Source: an uncultured Pirellulales bacterium (GTDB lineage: Bacteria; Planctomycetota; Phycisphaerae; Sedimentisphaerales; SM23-30). From it: DNA of 64,000 bases. The position numbers and the translations under genes are program-made. Positions 18,038 to 27,459 of the stretch are shown one piece after another. The notes below the pieces were generated by a model. That model made no database searches, was not told the origin of the DNA, and saw only the letters and a program-made list of their open reading frames with translations. Numbering within the stretch: position 1 is the first letter of the stretch; the number at the start of each line of letters is the position of its first letter. The stretch is taken from positions 5,915 to 69,914 of the forward strand of contig CAYZXY010000001.1 in assembly GCA_964482555.1 (NCBI GenBank), given 5' to 3'.

Positions 18038-18166
18038 TACGATTCAATCGGCATCGATTCATGCCTGCCGTGTTTGAGCCAGGCTTGCCTCTTCCACGTT
18101 CTGCGTCTTACGTCCCACCTGGCACATTCGCCTGGCTCTGCCAGGAGCTTTTTACCCGATTGGGTA
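18038..18166 (+). repeat. 129-bp rearranged variant of the MITE-like element
   Basis: The right half, CTTACG...CCTGGCTCTGCCAGGAGCTTTTTACCCGATTGGGTA, aligns with the consensus and has a ~19-nt insertion. The left half is rearranged. TA precedes it (18036-18037) and TA follows it. Confidence 0.5.
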
Positions 18167-18218
18167 TATAACTCAACAAGCCCAAACAAACGCCTCAATG
18201 CAACATCGCATTATCGCC

Positions 18219-19121
18219 TCACCCTTTCCGGTTGATCAGCATACCTGCCAGGTGGCGGAGTGGGACGGCGGCATCGCCGAGGGCGTCGATGATGGTGATC
18301 GCTTCGTTCAAGAGGCGGTCGGCATGTTGACGAGATTCCTCGATGCCGACAACGGAGGGGTAGGTCAGTTTGCCGGCCTGTTCGTCTTTACGGGTGGCCT
18401 TGCCGGTTTCTTCCTGGGTGCCGGTCAGATCAAGCAGATCGTCCACGATCTGGAACGCCAGGCCCAGTTTCAAGCCGTAGTCGCCCAGTTTGTCCACGAT
18501 TTTCTGCGCCGCCCCGCCGCAAAGCGCGCCCATACGCATCGCCGCCCGGAACATCATTGCCGTTTTATGGGTGTGAATATACTTGACTGTGTCCAGATCG
18601 CCGGGCGTGTTTTCCCAGGTCAGATCGCGCACCTGGCCGCCGATCATGCCCGCGGAGCCCGAGGCGTTGGCCAGTTCCAGAATCAGCTGCCGAACGAGCT
18701 TATCTTCACGCACGTGATGCGCAAGCACCTTGAAGGCGTAGGTCAGCAGGGCATCGCCGGCGAGAATCGCAACACCTTCGCCATAAACTTTATGGTTAGT
18801 CAGTTTGCCCCGGCGGTAGTCGTCGTTGTCCATCGCCGGAAGGTCGTCGTGAATGAGTGAATAGGTATGCACCATTTCGATCGCCGTAGCCGCAGGCATG
18901 GCCATGACCTCTTCGCCGCCGCACACTTCACATGCCAGCAGCACCATCACCGGCCGCAGCCTTTTACCACCCGACTGCAGGCTGTACATCATAGATTCAA
19001 GCAGAATCTCCGGCACACCGGGGTCATGAGAAAGATACCCTTCCAGTGTGTTTTCAATGGCCAGGACAATGTTGTCATATCTGCTCTTGAACGTTGCGTC
19101 GATATTCCATACTTGTATCAT
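18219..19121 (-). CDS. polyprenyl diphosphate synthase (FPP/GGPP synthase family)
   Basis: 300-aa ORF. First Asp-rich motif LIHDDLPAMDNDDYRRG and second motif FQIVDDLLD. Confidence 0.88.
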   Translation of the reverse strand: MIQVWNIDATFKSRYDNIVLAIENTLEGYLSHDPGVPEILLESMMYSLQSGGKRLRPVMVLLACEVCGGEEVMAMPAATAIEMVHTYSLIHDDLPAMDNDDYRRGKLTNHKVYGEGVAILAGDALLTYAFKVLAHHVREDKLVRQLILELANASGSAGMIGGQVRDLTWENTPGDLDTVKYIHTHKTAMMFRAAMRMGALCGGAAQKIVDKLGDYGLKLGLAFQIVDDLLDLTGTQEETGKATRKDEQAGKLTYPSVVGIEESRQHADRLLNEAITIIDALGDAAVPLRHLAGMLINRKG

Positions 19122-19718
19122 AACATACTGCCTTAATTGCCTGAGTTAAATAGTAGGATCGGTATTCTAACTTTATTCCCGCCTGTTTTCAAATCTAACC
19201 CGGGCAATCTTGCAAAAAACTGTTGGCGACCGGATGGTTATGTCTCTGGAATTTCATCCGGATTCGGCAGCAACAGGTGCTTATGACTTAAATCTCACAC
19301 AAAAAGGACAAGAAAATTCAGAATGACGAAACCAGAATGATGAATCAATGACGAAAAAACAATGCAACGGAGGGTTGTTTCCGCGTATCGGCCAAGACAG
19401 CTACAATGGTATTGCCGGATAAATCTCTATGGTACAAAGAGTTGCGACGATATACCTTTCAGGGTTCGTCATGGGGACGTTATTTCGTCATTAGAATTTC
19501 TTAAGGGTGCCTCTAATAATGGCTTTTGAGGCGAAAGCGAAGATTTTTTTGTCTGACAAGAAATGCAAAACCGGGCATATGGGTGACTATTCACGGTTTT
19601 TCATGACGAAGGCCAGAGGAAAAAAAGATCGCTTGCAGCCCAAAATGAATTTTTAGCGGTGCCCTTAATTCGAAATTCCGGTTCATCCGGGTCAGGCATT
19701 ATATGACACAAAGTTAGG

Positions 19719-20165
19719 TCAATCGCCGCTTTTTTTGTTTTTGGAGGATTTTTTGCCGAAAACAGCCTGATCTATGGAAATCCTGCCCGGTCCGCTGATG
19801 ACGATCGCCAGCGCCATTAACAGCAATGCCAGCGGAAATTCGATGCCGCCATCTTTAGCAGCAAAGGTATCGATACCGTGAACGACAAAGATCGCGACCA
19901 GCATCACGACGACGTGCCCCAAACCCCAGATACGGCTCAAAAACCCGACCAATATTAAGGCCCCGCCCACAAATTCTGAAATCGCGGCCAGCCAGCCCAG
20001 CACTTCAGGCATGGGAGCCCCTTTGTCTGCCATCATTTTAGCAATGTTGGCATGACCGCCCTGGAACATCTTGCTGTACCCGTGGAACATAAAGATGACA
20101 CCCAGGCCGATACGAATAAGAAATGGGCCAATGTCTCTTATAGAAACTTTATTCTCGCCTGTCAT
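19719..20165 (-). CDS. DoxX family membrane protein
   Basis: 148-aa ORF with four predicted TM helices. The N-terminal pattern LIRIGLGVIFMFHGYSKM is typical of DoxX. Confidence 0.7.
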   Translation of the reverse strand: MTGENKVSIRDIGPFLIRIGLGVIFMFHGYSKMFQGGHANIAKMMADKGAPMPEVLGWLAAISEFVGGALILVGFLSRIWGLGHVVVMLVAIFVVHGIDTFAAKDGGIEFPLALLLMALAIVISGPGRISIDQAVFGKKSSKNKKSGD

Positions 20166-20308
20166 GATTTTTCCCTCTATATTTTGTTAGAAAATAACTT
20201 AAAACTGATGAATTATAGTCCTCTCACGAGGAAAAATCATCCCCGCGGGAAAAAAATTCTCCCCGGAGAGACGGCCTAACTTATTGATTAGCAAAGGGAT
20301 AAATATTT

Positions 20309-21226
20309 ATGAAAGTATGGTTTGCGAAAATTAAGGCGCTGCTGCAGATGATTCGTTTTTCGCATTCGGTATTTGCGCTGCCTTTTGCACTTCTGGCGAC
20401 GTTTCTGGCAGGCCGGAACGGCGAGCCGGGATTTTGCGGCTGGGAAAAACTTTTTCTGATTGTCTGGTGCATGGTGTGGGCCCGGAGTGCGGCGATGACC
20501 TTTAACCGGATTGTCGATGCGAAACTGGATACGAAGAATCCGCGGACAGCCGAGCGGGCGATACCGGCGGGCAAAATTTCGATGAGACAGGCGTGGCTTT
20601 TCTGGGGGGCATGCGCAAGTCTTTTTATATTAGGTGCTTATGTATTTTGGCGGCCGATTTTAGGGATCGGGGGGTTTGGAAATGTTATGCCGATTATGCT
20701 GGTTATCCCGGTTTTAGCGTTTATTTGCGTGTATAGTTATACAAAGCGTTTTACCTGGATGGCCCATTTTTGGCTGGGGGCATCGCTGATGCTGGCGCCG
20801 GTTAGCGCGTGGATAGCTGTCAGCCCGCCAGCCGGGCCAGTGATATCTGTAGAAGTAGTGGTTTTAGGGGCGGCGGTGCTGCTGTGGACTGCCGGATTCG
20901 ACATTATTTACGCCTGCCAGGATATTGAAGTGGACCGGCGGGACGGCTTGTATTCCGTGCCGTCACGGTTGGGCGTGAACCGGGCGTTATGGCTCAGCAG
21001 GATTTGCCATACATTGACGGTAGCGGCATTTATCGCATTGGGTAGCTTTGCAGATATGGGGACTATTTATTATGCTGCGTTGGGTGCGGTGGTAGTGTTG
21101 ATCTGTATCGAACACATCCTGGTTGCCGGCGGTAAGATGGCTCACATCAAAATCGCCTTCGCAACGCTAAACGGCATCATCAGCATCCTGCTTTGCACGG
21201 CGTCGATATTGGATATATTGGTGTAA
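20309..21226 (+). CDS. UbiA-family aromatic prenyltransferase (4-hydroxybenzoate or menaquinone-precursor polyprenyltransferase-like)
   Basis: 305-aa polytopic ORF with motifs ARSAAMTFNRIVDAKLDTKNPRT and DIIYACQDIEVDRRDG (the two Asp-rich UbiA motifs). Confidence 0.8.
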   Translation: MKVWFAKIKALLQMIRFSHSVFALPFALLATFLAGRNGEPGFCGWEKLFLIVWCMVWARSAAMTFNRIVDAKLDTKNPRTAERAIPAGKISMRQAWLFWGACASLFILGAYVFWRPILGIGGFGNVMPIMLVIPVLAFICVYSYTKRFTWMAHFWLGASLMLAPVSAWIAVSPPAGPVISVEVVVLGAAVLLWTAGFDIIYACQDIEVDRRDGLYSVPSRLGVNRALWLSRICHTLTVAAFIALGSFADMGTIYYAALGAVVVLICIEHILVAGGKMAHIKIAFATLNGIISILLCTASILDILV

Positions 21227-21327
21227 CTATTTCCTGCCACGAAAACACACAGGACAAACAGAAAGAACCGCTGAAACCTGGCAGAATGTGAGCTGTTTCA
21301 TGTTCACGAGGAAGTCAAAAAGCGGCG

Positions 21328-22443
21328 TTATTGCGTGGGAACGGAAACCTTTTCCGAAGAGCCATTTGATCTGAGCCGTGAGAAGATATCTCGTCCAGTG
21401 TAGAAAGCCAGCAGTGCGATAAGCACAATCGCAGAGGCGATGTGGAGCCAGCTTGCTTCATGATGATGGTGTATGACTTCGGTGGTTGTCGCGGCGAGCA
21501 GCTGGTTGAAAAGCATACCGAGGCCGACGCTCATCACGGCAACAGTGATAAGGTAAATTGAGGTCGCTTTACGGCCAAAGGTTTTCAAGATGGCGCCGAT
21601 GGTGGCCAGATTGGTTGTAGGGCCGGCCATGAGCAGTACAAGTGCCGCACCAGGTGGCATCCCACCGGCAATCAGCGACGCCGCCAGAGGTACTGAAGCT
21701 GTCGCACAAATATACATCGGCATGGCAATAACGAACATCAACAACATGCCCCAGATGCCCTGAGCCCAGCTCTTGTCACTGAAAAAACCTTCGGGGGTGA
21801 GGGTACTGATGGCCGCGGCGGCGAGTATGCCGACGATCAGCCAGCGGTAAATATCCCGCAGCAGGTCATTGAACGCGAATTTCAGAACGCCGCTCAATTT
21901 GTTTGTCTTGGTAAATTGTGATTCATGTTCAGGTTCCTGCCCATGTTCGCATTCATGAGCGCTCTGAGCCAAAGTTTTATGACAGCAACAGCCTTTTGCT
22001 TTTTCGGAAGTTGTATCTGCCGGCGGTTGGTCGTCTTCTTTTTCCGCCGCGCTGACAAGCAAGCCGCCTGTCAGGCCGCTGACCAGGGCGGCTCCGACTT
22101 TAAACAACGCAAAGGGCCATCCCAGAAAGGTGGCTGAGACCAGCATCGAATCAACGCCGGTCTGGGGGGTGCTGATAAGAAAGCCCATCGAAGCACCTTT
22201 GCTGGCCCCATCTTTGCGCAGGCCTATAGTTGTCGGGATAACACCGCAGGAACACAACGGCATAGGTATACCCACGGCGCATGCCCGAAAAACAGCTCCG
22301 AAACCCTTGCCGCCCAGATGTTTACGGACGAATCCTTCCGGCAGCAAGGCATGAAGAATGCCCGCGATCACCATGCCGCCCAGCAACCAGGGCGAGAGTT
22401 CCAGCATAATCTGCCACAAATCCTGTAAATAGTGATAAATCAT
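21328..22443 (-). CDS. predicted permease (DUF318/ArsP-like; SO_0444-type metal transporter) with a Cys/His-rich loop
   Basis: 371-aa polytopic ORF with the conserved PLCSCGVIPT motif and a central loop KGCCCHKTLAQSAHECEHGQEPEHE. Confidence 0.65.
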   Translation of the reverse strand: MIYHYLQDLWQIMLELSPWLLGGMVIAGILHALLPEGFVRKHLGGKGFGAVFRACAVGIPMPLCSCGVIPTTIGLRKDGASKGASMGFLISTPQTGVDSMLVSATFLGWPFALFKVGAALVSGLTGGLLVSAAEKEDDQPPADTTSEKAKGCCCHKTLAQSAHECEHGQEPEHESQFTKTNKLSGVLKFAFNDLLRDIYRWLIVGILAAAAISTLTPEGFFSDKSWAQGIWGMLLMFVIAMPMYICATASVPLAASLIAGGMPPGAALVLLMAGPTTNLATIGAILKTFGRKATSIYLITVAVMSVGLGMLFNQLLAATTTEVIHHHHEASWLHIASAIVLIALLAFYTGRDIFSRLRSNGSSEKVSVPTQ

Positions 22444-22448
22444 TATTA

Positions 22449-22549
22449 TACTCGTTCCGATTGAAAATCCCCGTTTTGCCGGAACGTAATTATTTGCGGA
22501 TAAAAAGCTTACGCCCGGCCCTGCCGGGAGTTTTCATACCCTTTGGGTA
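22449..22549 (+). repeat. 101-bp MITE-like element, F orientation (reference copy)
   Basis: TACTCGTTCCGATTGAAAATCCCCGTTTTGCCGGAACGTAATTATTTGCGGATAAAAAGCTTACGCCCGGCCCTGCCGGGAGTTTTCATACCCTTTGGGTA. TA occurs on both sides (22447-22448, 22550-22551). The left end lies 5 nt from the permease ATG. Internal hairpins are CGTTCCG/CGGAACG, CCCGGC/GCCGGG and ATACCC/GGGTAT. Confidence 0.85.
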
Positions 22550-22665
22550 TATTAAGAGTTTAGCAGGGAATTGACTGATATTCAAATCACTAAAAAAACC
22601 TCCTTATCGCAAAGTATGGAGGTTGAATATATCAACGATTCAAAGCCTGAGTGTTTCAGGCTGTT

Positions 22666-23478
22666 CTACAATTGTACATTCATGGCGGTCAGCTTGACGG
22701 CGACGTCGGCGATGTCGGCCCGGCTGGACATGTCGAGAACGCCGGCGTGTACAGGAACGGCCGCGTATTTTTCGCCGAGTTTTTCGATGGTGTATTGCAC
22801 GGCGTCGGGCAGTTCGAGTTCGCCGCGGGCCGAGGGCTGGATATTCCGACAGCCCTCGAAGATCGACGGGCCGAATCGCCAGCAGTTCATGCTCACACAA
22901 ATAGGCTCCGGTAAAGCGGCAATGACATCCTCGCCGGGCTTTTCGATGATTTCGGTCATAAAGCCGTCAGCATCGGATTTGACGACAGAGAATTTTGTGA
23001 TGCGATCGGCGGGAATATTGCTGTTGGCGATCAGGCTTTCGCGTACGAACGCCGCCAGGCCGGGGGTAGATAATTCGCTAAGGCTGGTCAGGGCTTCCAG
23101 TGGATAATGATTGTCGGAATTGATAACCAGAATGGGGTCGTCGCCGGCGAACGCTTCTGCCGCGGCGACGGCATCCGCCGTACCGAGCGGTTTCTCCTGA
23201 ACGGCAAATGAGAAGGACAGACGCCGGGCATCGACAGTATTGCCGTAATATTCACGGACCTGGCCGTGTTCCGGACCCACCACCATACAAATCTGCTTGT
23301 AACCGGCATCCGCCAGTGTACTCAGCACGTAATCAAGAAACGGCCGGTCGCCCATCGGGATCAGGGCCTTGACGCCTGTTTCCGCGATGGCTGCCTGTTC
23401 CGATGACATAGCCGCATCCGCATCCTGTTTACGCATGCGTGTCCCCAATCCCCTCGCTAAAATCACTGCTTTGTCCAT
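22666..23478 (-). CDS. sugar-phosphate nucleotidyltransferase family protein
   Basis: 270-aa ORF. The N-terminal AVILARGLGTRMR is the G-x-G-T-R signature of NTP-transferases. Confidence 0.7.
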   Translation of the reverse strand: MDKAVILARGLGTRMRKQDADAAMSSEQAAIAETGVKALIPMGDRPFLDYVLSTLADAGYKQICMVVGPEHGQVREYYGNTVDARRLSFSFAVQEKPLGTADAVAAAEAFAGDDPILVINSDNHYPLEALTSLSELSTPGLAAFVRESLIANSNIPADRITKFSVVKSDADGFMTEIIEKPGEDVIAALPEPICVSMNCWRFGPSIFEGCRNIQPSARGELELPDAVQYTIEKLGEKYAAVPVHAGVLDMSSRADIADVAVKLTAMNVQL

Positions 23479-23614
23479 AGAATCTTTCCTCCTGAATATT
23501 GTTTAAGACTGAATTCGCATACTTTGTCGGATACGGTCTCATTTTCGGCAGCACTTTGCATGCTCGCAGAATAAGATATCCTTTGCAAAACGGCTGTGCG
23601 GAACAAATAATCTG

Positions 23615-24301
23615 CTATGCTTTTGGAGGCCGACCGACGGGCAGAGGATGCAGCCTCTGTTTGAATTTCCGTTCCAGTTCGTCAATAAATTTATCGCCGC
23701 CGAGCGGGCGGCCGGTCTGGGTGAAGGTGCGAATCCTTTCCCGGATTTCCTCGTGGAGTTTCTCTTTGAGGAAATCGCTCCACTTGTTCAAAAGGCGTTT
23801 CGGCGGCCAGACATGCAGCGACAACACCTGCAGCTCGTCCCGACCGGCAACATGCGCCGACGCACTGGACCAGGGATAGTTCTCCGGTTTTCTGACCATC
23901 TTTTCGTACACCGGTTGATTTTCGACGTATTTGACGGCCAGCTTCAAGTATTTATCATCAAGGGCACAGGACTGAAAACGGTTGCGCCACAATTGTCCCT
24001 CTTTTTTGCGGCGGTTATTAAGGTAATGCGTGTACGAAAAATTCGTCCGGCCGACTGTACGGGACAGGGCATTGTTTTTTCTGGGTATCCCCACCAGATA
24101 GAACCCCTTGTCCAGCAGGCAGTAAGCCAGAATGTCAAAACTGTACTTCTGTGCCTGTTCGGTGAGAATCTCCAGAAACATCAAACGGTCTTTATCCGTA
24201 TGAAATGCCTTTAATCCGGGCATCGCTATCTGGAAAATATGGTGTGGTGCGTCTATTACTGTTATTCTGGCTCGTCTTGGCATGGGGGATATTCTAGCCA
24301 T
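23615..24301 (-). CDS. IS200/RayT-like Y1 transposase homologue lacking the HUH motif (probably catalytically inactive)
   Basis: 228-aa ORF. The family scaffold is present (PRRARI...HHIFQ...DKDRLMFLEIL...ILAYCLL, GQLWRNRFQSCALDDKYLKLAVKYVENQPV...YPWSS). The expected LMxNHxHLL is replaced by LLDKGFYLV, which has no histidines. Confidence 0.6.
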   Translation of the reverse strand: MARISPMPRRARITVIDAPHHIFQIAMPGLKAFHTDKDRLMFLEILTEQAQKYSFDILAYCLLDKGFYLVGIPRKNNALSRTVGRTNFSYTHYLNNRRKKEGQLWRNRFQSCALDDKYLKLAVKYVENQPVYEKMVRKPENYPWSSASAHVAGRDELQVLSLHVWPPKRLLNKWSDFLKEKLHEEIRERIRTFTQTGRPLGGDKFIDELERKFKQRLHPLPVGRPPKA

Positions 24302-24367
24302 GAGGGCAAATATATCAAGCCCAAAATCAAAAATAAATTCAGGGACATTCTTTGAGCAGTTAACTTA

Positions 24368-25105
24368 TTATGAACCCGGCTTTTTGCCCACGGTGGCCAG
24401 GTAAATGACAAACTGATTCTGCCCGTCGAGCTCGAGCAACTCGTTCATGGCGTCGTCATCGAACGCCGCCACGGCGCAAACGCCGCAGTCGACAGCCGCC
24501 GCCGCCAGATATAGGTTCTGACAAACATGACCGGCATCAAGAAAAAGATAGCGGTATCCTCGCTGCTGGTACCGCCAGCTCATTCGTTCGACGACCGCGA
24601 CCCAGATAAAGACGGCCCCGCTGTATTGAATCATCGCCTGGTCCATGCAGGCCGCACGCATGCTTCGCGCCAGGGTGTCGTCCGGTTTCACCTCCGCCAG
24701 TCTGTGCTCCAGGGCGAGATAGCGATGGAGACCGTTGGCGACTCCTTCTACCTTATTGGCCAGAAGATATGTTTCGAACGCGTGGCGGGCGCCGGCAGAG
24801 GGGACGGTCCGGAAGGTGTGGCCGGACGCCACCTGTTTAACGCCCTGCGTGCACCATAACAGCAAGGACAGCTCATTCAGACTGAGCGGTTCCCGGGCAT
24901 ATCTCCGAACGCTCTGGCGGTTCTGAATGATTCGTCCGATGGCGCCACCAGACTCTGCGGCTTTCGGCAGATCGACATTTTTGTCGTATCGCTCGATAGG
25001 CGACTCCAACGGCGGCATCGGCACACCCTGCTGTTGCGGGGAAAAGCCGGCATATTTGTATTTGGTAAGTTCGATAAATTTCTGTCCGATCGATTGCATA
25101 ATCAC
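24368..25105 (-). CDS. SagB/ThcOx-family nitroreductase-fold dehydrogenase
   Basis: 245-aa ORF with RQSVRRY, PSAGARHAFETYL and LDAGHVCQNLYLAA, typical of the SagB-type subfamily. Confidence 0.7.
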   Translation of the reverse strand: MIMQSIGQKFIELTKYKYAGFSPQQQGVPMPPLESPIERYDKNVDLPKAAESGGAIGRIIQNRQSVRRYAREPLSLNELSLLLWCTQGVKQVASGHTFRTVPSAGARHAFETYLLANKVEGVANGLHRYLALEHRLAEVKPDDTLARSMRAACMDQAMIQYSGAVFIWVAVVERMSWRYQQRGYRYLFLDAGHVCQNLYLAAAAVDCGVCAVAAFDDDAMNELLELDGQNQFVIYLATVGKKPGS

Positions 25106-25132
25106 ATCCTGCCCCGGCTAAACCGGAAGGTG

Positions 25133-25210
25133 TACTGTTTCCGATTGAGATATCGCTTACGCGGCTCTTCGTGTTCCGTTTTCTCCAATCGGCTCCATAC
25201 CCTTTGGGTA
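25133..25210 (+). repeat. 78-bp internally deleted variant of the MITE-like element
   Basis: Left end TACTGTTTCCGATTGAGA and right end TCCATACCCTTTGGGTA, followed by TA. The left end lies 27 nt upstream of the SagB-like ATG. Confidence 0.6.
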
Positions 25211-25332
25211 TAAAATGCGGGCCAAACTCAGTTGTCTCTGACGGACCTTAAACGCCATCGAGAACGTCTATGACAAATTCTATCCGTGAATTTAGGTGAA
25301 AGCTATTTTTTTGGCTATGCCAGTTTACGGGT

Positions 25333-26574
25333 TCAATGCAGGAAGGGGGTGACATCAAAATCACCGATGCGGGCAATATGCATTTCCGGATGCTGCATCA
25401 GATCGATGTCGTTGGTGTCATCTTCGGCTTCGCTGTTTTTCTGGTCGGGTCTGGTGGCTTTGTCCGGATCGATCGGGCGTACGATCGGCCGGCAGGGTTC
25501 ATCATCGTTTATCTCCGTGACAACGCCGGTTTGTCCGTTATTGAGGATCACCTGATCGCCGGGCGCAAAAGCCGGCATGGCTTCGGTAAACGCCCGATAG
25601 ACCGTCGGGTCAAACCATTTGACATAACCGGGATTTTTCATGCGTTTCAGGGCAACGATAGTGGGGGCTTTGCGTCCGTCAGGCAGATAGCGAAAACCTT
25701 CGAAGCGATCGGCTACGCAGGCAATCCGGCAAAATATGTGGATATCATCCCCCATAAGCGGCATATTGGGTTCATCGGAGCCGGGCATGGTCTTGCGGAA
25801 CGGAAAGCCGCTGCCGTCGTAATGTTGATGGTGGTTGAGCACCACCTGGGCCGCGCAGGCATCCAGCCCGCCCTTGATCATTTCCAGCCCGATTTCAGTA
25901 TGCTTCTGCCATTCCCGCGTGCCCATGTCGTGAGCGGTGATATGGAAATTGCGCAGTTCTTCAGGCAGTTTGAGTTTGCCCATGTCATGCAGCAGGGCGC
26001 CTACGCCCAGCTGGGTCAGATCCAGAGCCATAGTCATGGACAGATTGGAGCGGGTACGCAGCAGATAATTTTCCAGCCGCAGCCCGATCAGCAGCGACAG
26101 AGAAGCGACCGCAATGCCATGGAGTAAGATGTCTTCCGATTCGCCCTGCAGTTCCGTTACGAACAGGGATGATTTATTGCTGGAAAGCAGCGTCTTGAAC
26201 ATCCTGGTCATAAGGGTGACGTAATCGTTATAATCGATTTTTGTCAGCCCTTGTTCCTGGACTTCACAGAACTGAGTTTTCAGCGATTTGTGCAGTTCTT
26301 TCTGCTGCTCGATCAATTGCGGATCCAGCAATTCGTCCAGAAAATCAAGGCCGGGATAAATAACCCAGACGTTGGCGATATTGAAAGATTTCAGCCGCTG
26401 TATGTGATCGGTGTCCAGTTCAAATCCCGCTTTGAGCAGAACATGATCCAGCTTATTCGGAGTGGCCACAGAACGGGCCAGGACCATTCCCGGCTTGGTT
26501 TGTTCGATCGGCACACGCAGCATGATTATTTTCTCTCTGAAAGGTTTTGTCTTAGCGCTATACAGCTCTTGCAC
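25333..26574 (-). CDS. HD-GYP domain c-di-GMP phosphodiesterase-like protein
   Basis: 413-aa ORF with GALLHDMGK (HD) and HHQHYDGSGFP (GYP-like) motifs. An alternative start at 26523 (MLRVPIEQ) is possible. Confidence 0.8.
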   Translation of the reverse strand: MQELYSAKTKPFREKIIMLRVPIEQTKPGMVLARSVATPNKLDHVLLKAGFELDTDHIQRLKSFNIANVWVIYPGLDFLDELLDPQLIEQQKELHKSLKTQFCEVQEQGLTKIDYNDYVTLMTRMFKTLLSSNKSSLFVTELQGESEDILLHGIAVASLSLLIGLRLENYLLRTRSNLSMTMALDLTQLGVGALLHDMGKLKLPEELRNFHITAHDMGTREWQKHTEIGLEMIKGGLDACAAQVVLNHHQHYDGSGFPFRKTMPGSDEPNMPLMGDDIHIFCRIACVADRFEGFRYLPDGRKAPTIVALKRMKNPGYVKWFDPTVYRAFTEAMPAFAPGDQVILNNGQTGVVTEINDDEPCRPIVRPIDPDKATRPDQKNSEAEDDTNDIDLMQHPEMHIARIGDFDVTPFLH

Positions 26575-26840
26575 AGCTTAAATAGTTATCGGAACAAATC
26601 GGTATAGCTATTCCTTTTTCATTTTGTTTCATCGGTATATCTGGGATGCAACTTTGACACTTTGTTTACTGAAAAAACCAGGGAGGAAAAAAGTACCCCA
26701 GAATAAATTATCTGTGTGCGATACGAAAAAATCCTGCAAGCACCCTTCGTTACCCGCAGGTTTTGACAAATATGAATTTTTCTACCCAATTGGGCAGCAA
26801 GCTCCGGACAAGGCCGGGAAATTGATAATCGCGTATTGCT

Positions 26841-27443
26841 TCACAAATTATTGCCTTTATTTTCCGGATCAAGGACCTGCATGCCCAACTGGTAAGCCTC
26901 CTGGAGAGCGGCAGGGTACTTTCGGATAGCGCCTTTTTCATCGCACCCTTCAAAGAACAGGTTGCCCCAGTAATCGAGCTCGAGAGAATCGAACAGCCAC
27001 CGGTAGGTGATTCTGGTGCCGGTAAAAACGGTCTTGCCCCGGGTGGCGCCGACGGAAAGAACCACGCCGCGGCGGATATCCCCTTCGGCCCGGCTGATCT
27101 TTTCGCCCAGATGATATTTGCGGGCCCAGAAAATCTGGCAGCGATCGATGAGCATTTTGGTCTGGCCTGGCGGCCCCATGAAGTAAACCGGGCTGGCGAA
27201 AACAATCACATTGGCCTGTTCGATTTTTGGATAGAGTTTATCCATATCGTCCGGCACACAGCAATGCCCGCCCTGCAGGCAGAAATCACAATGGAGGCAT
27301 GCTTTACAGGTCAGATCGATGGCGTAGATTTTCTCCACTTCACCCCCGGCCTCTCGAACACCTTGCAGGAATTCATCGAGCAGGATATCGGTGTTGCCTT
27401 TCTTACGGGGGCTGCCGGCTATGCCAAGTACTTTATAGATCAT
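26841..27443 (-). CDS. flavodoxin-like iron-sulfur flavoprotein / NADPH-dependent FMN reductase family
   Basis: The start was moved to ATG 27443 (MIYKVLGIAGSPRKKGNT), because the 35-codon upstream extension in the ORF track is translated from the MITE copy. Cys cluster CKACLHCDFC. Confidence 0.75.
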   Translation of the reverse strand: MIYKVLGIAGSPRKKGNTDILLDEFLQGVREAGGEVEKIYAIDLTCKACLHCDFCLQGGHCCVPDDMDKLYPKIEQANVIVFASPVYFMGPPGQTKMLIDRCQIFWARKYHLGEKISRAEGDIRRGVVLSVGATRGKTVFTGTRITYRWLFDSLELDYWGNLFFEGCDEKGAIRKYPAALQEAYQLGMQVLDPENKGNNL

Positions 27444-27459
27444 TAGTTTCGTGTAATTA

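Noticed and set aside
24368-25105. SagB-type dehydrogenase as a marker of a thiazole/oxazole (TOMM) RiPP cluster
   Set aside because: No YcaO cyclodehydratase, docking protein or precursor-peptide-like small ORF is adjacent. The neighbours are an HD-GYP protein and an HUH-less transposase homologue.
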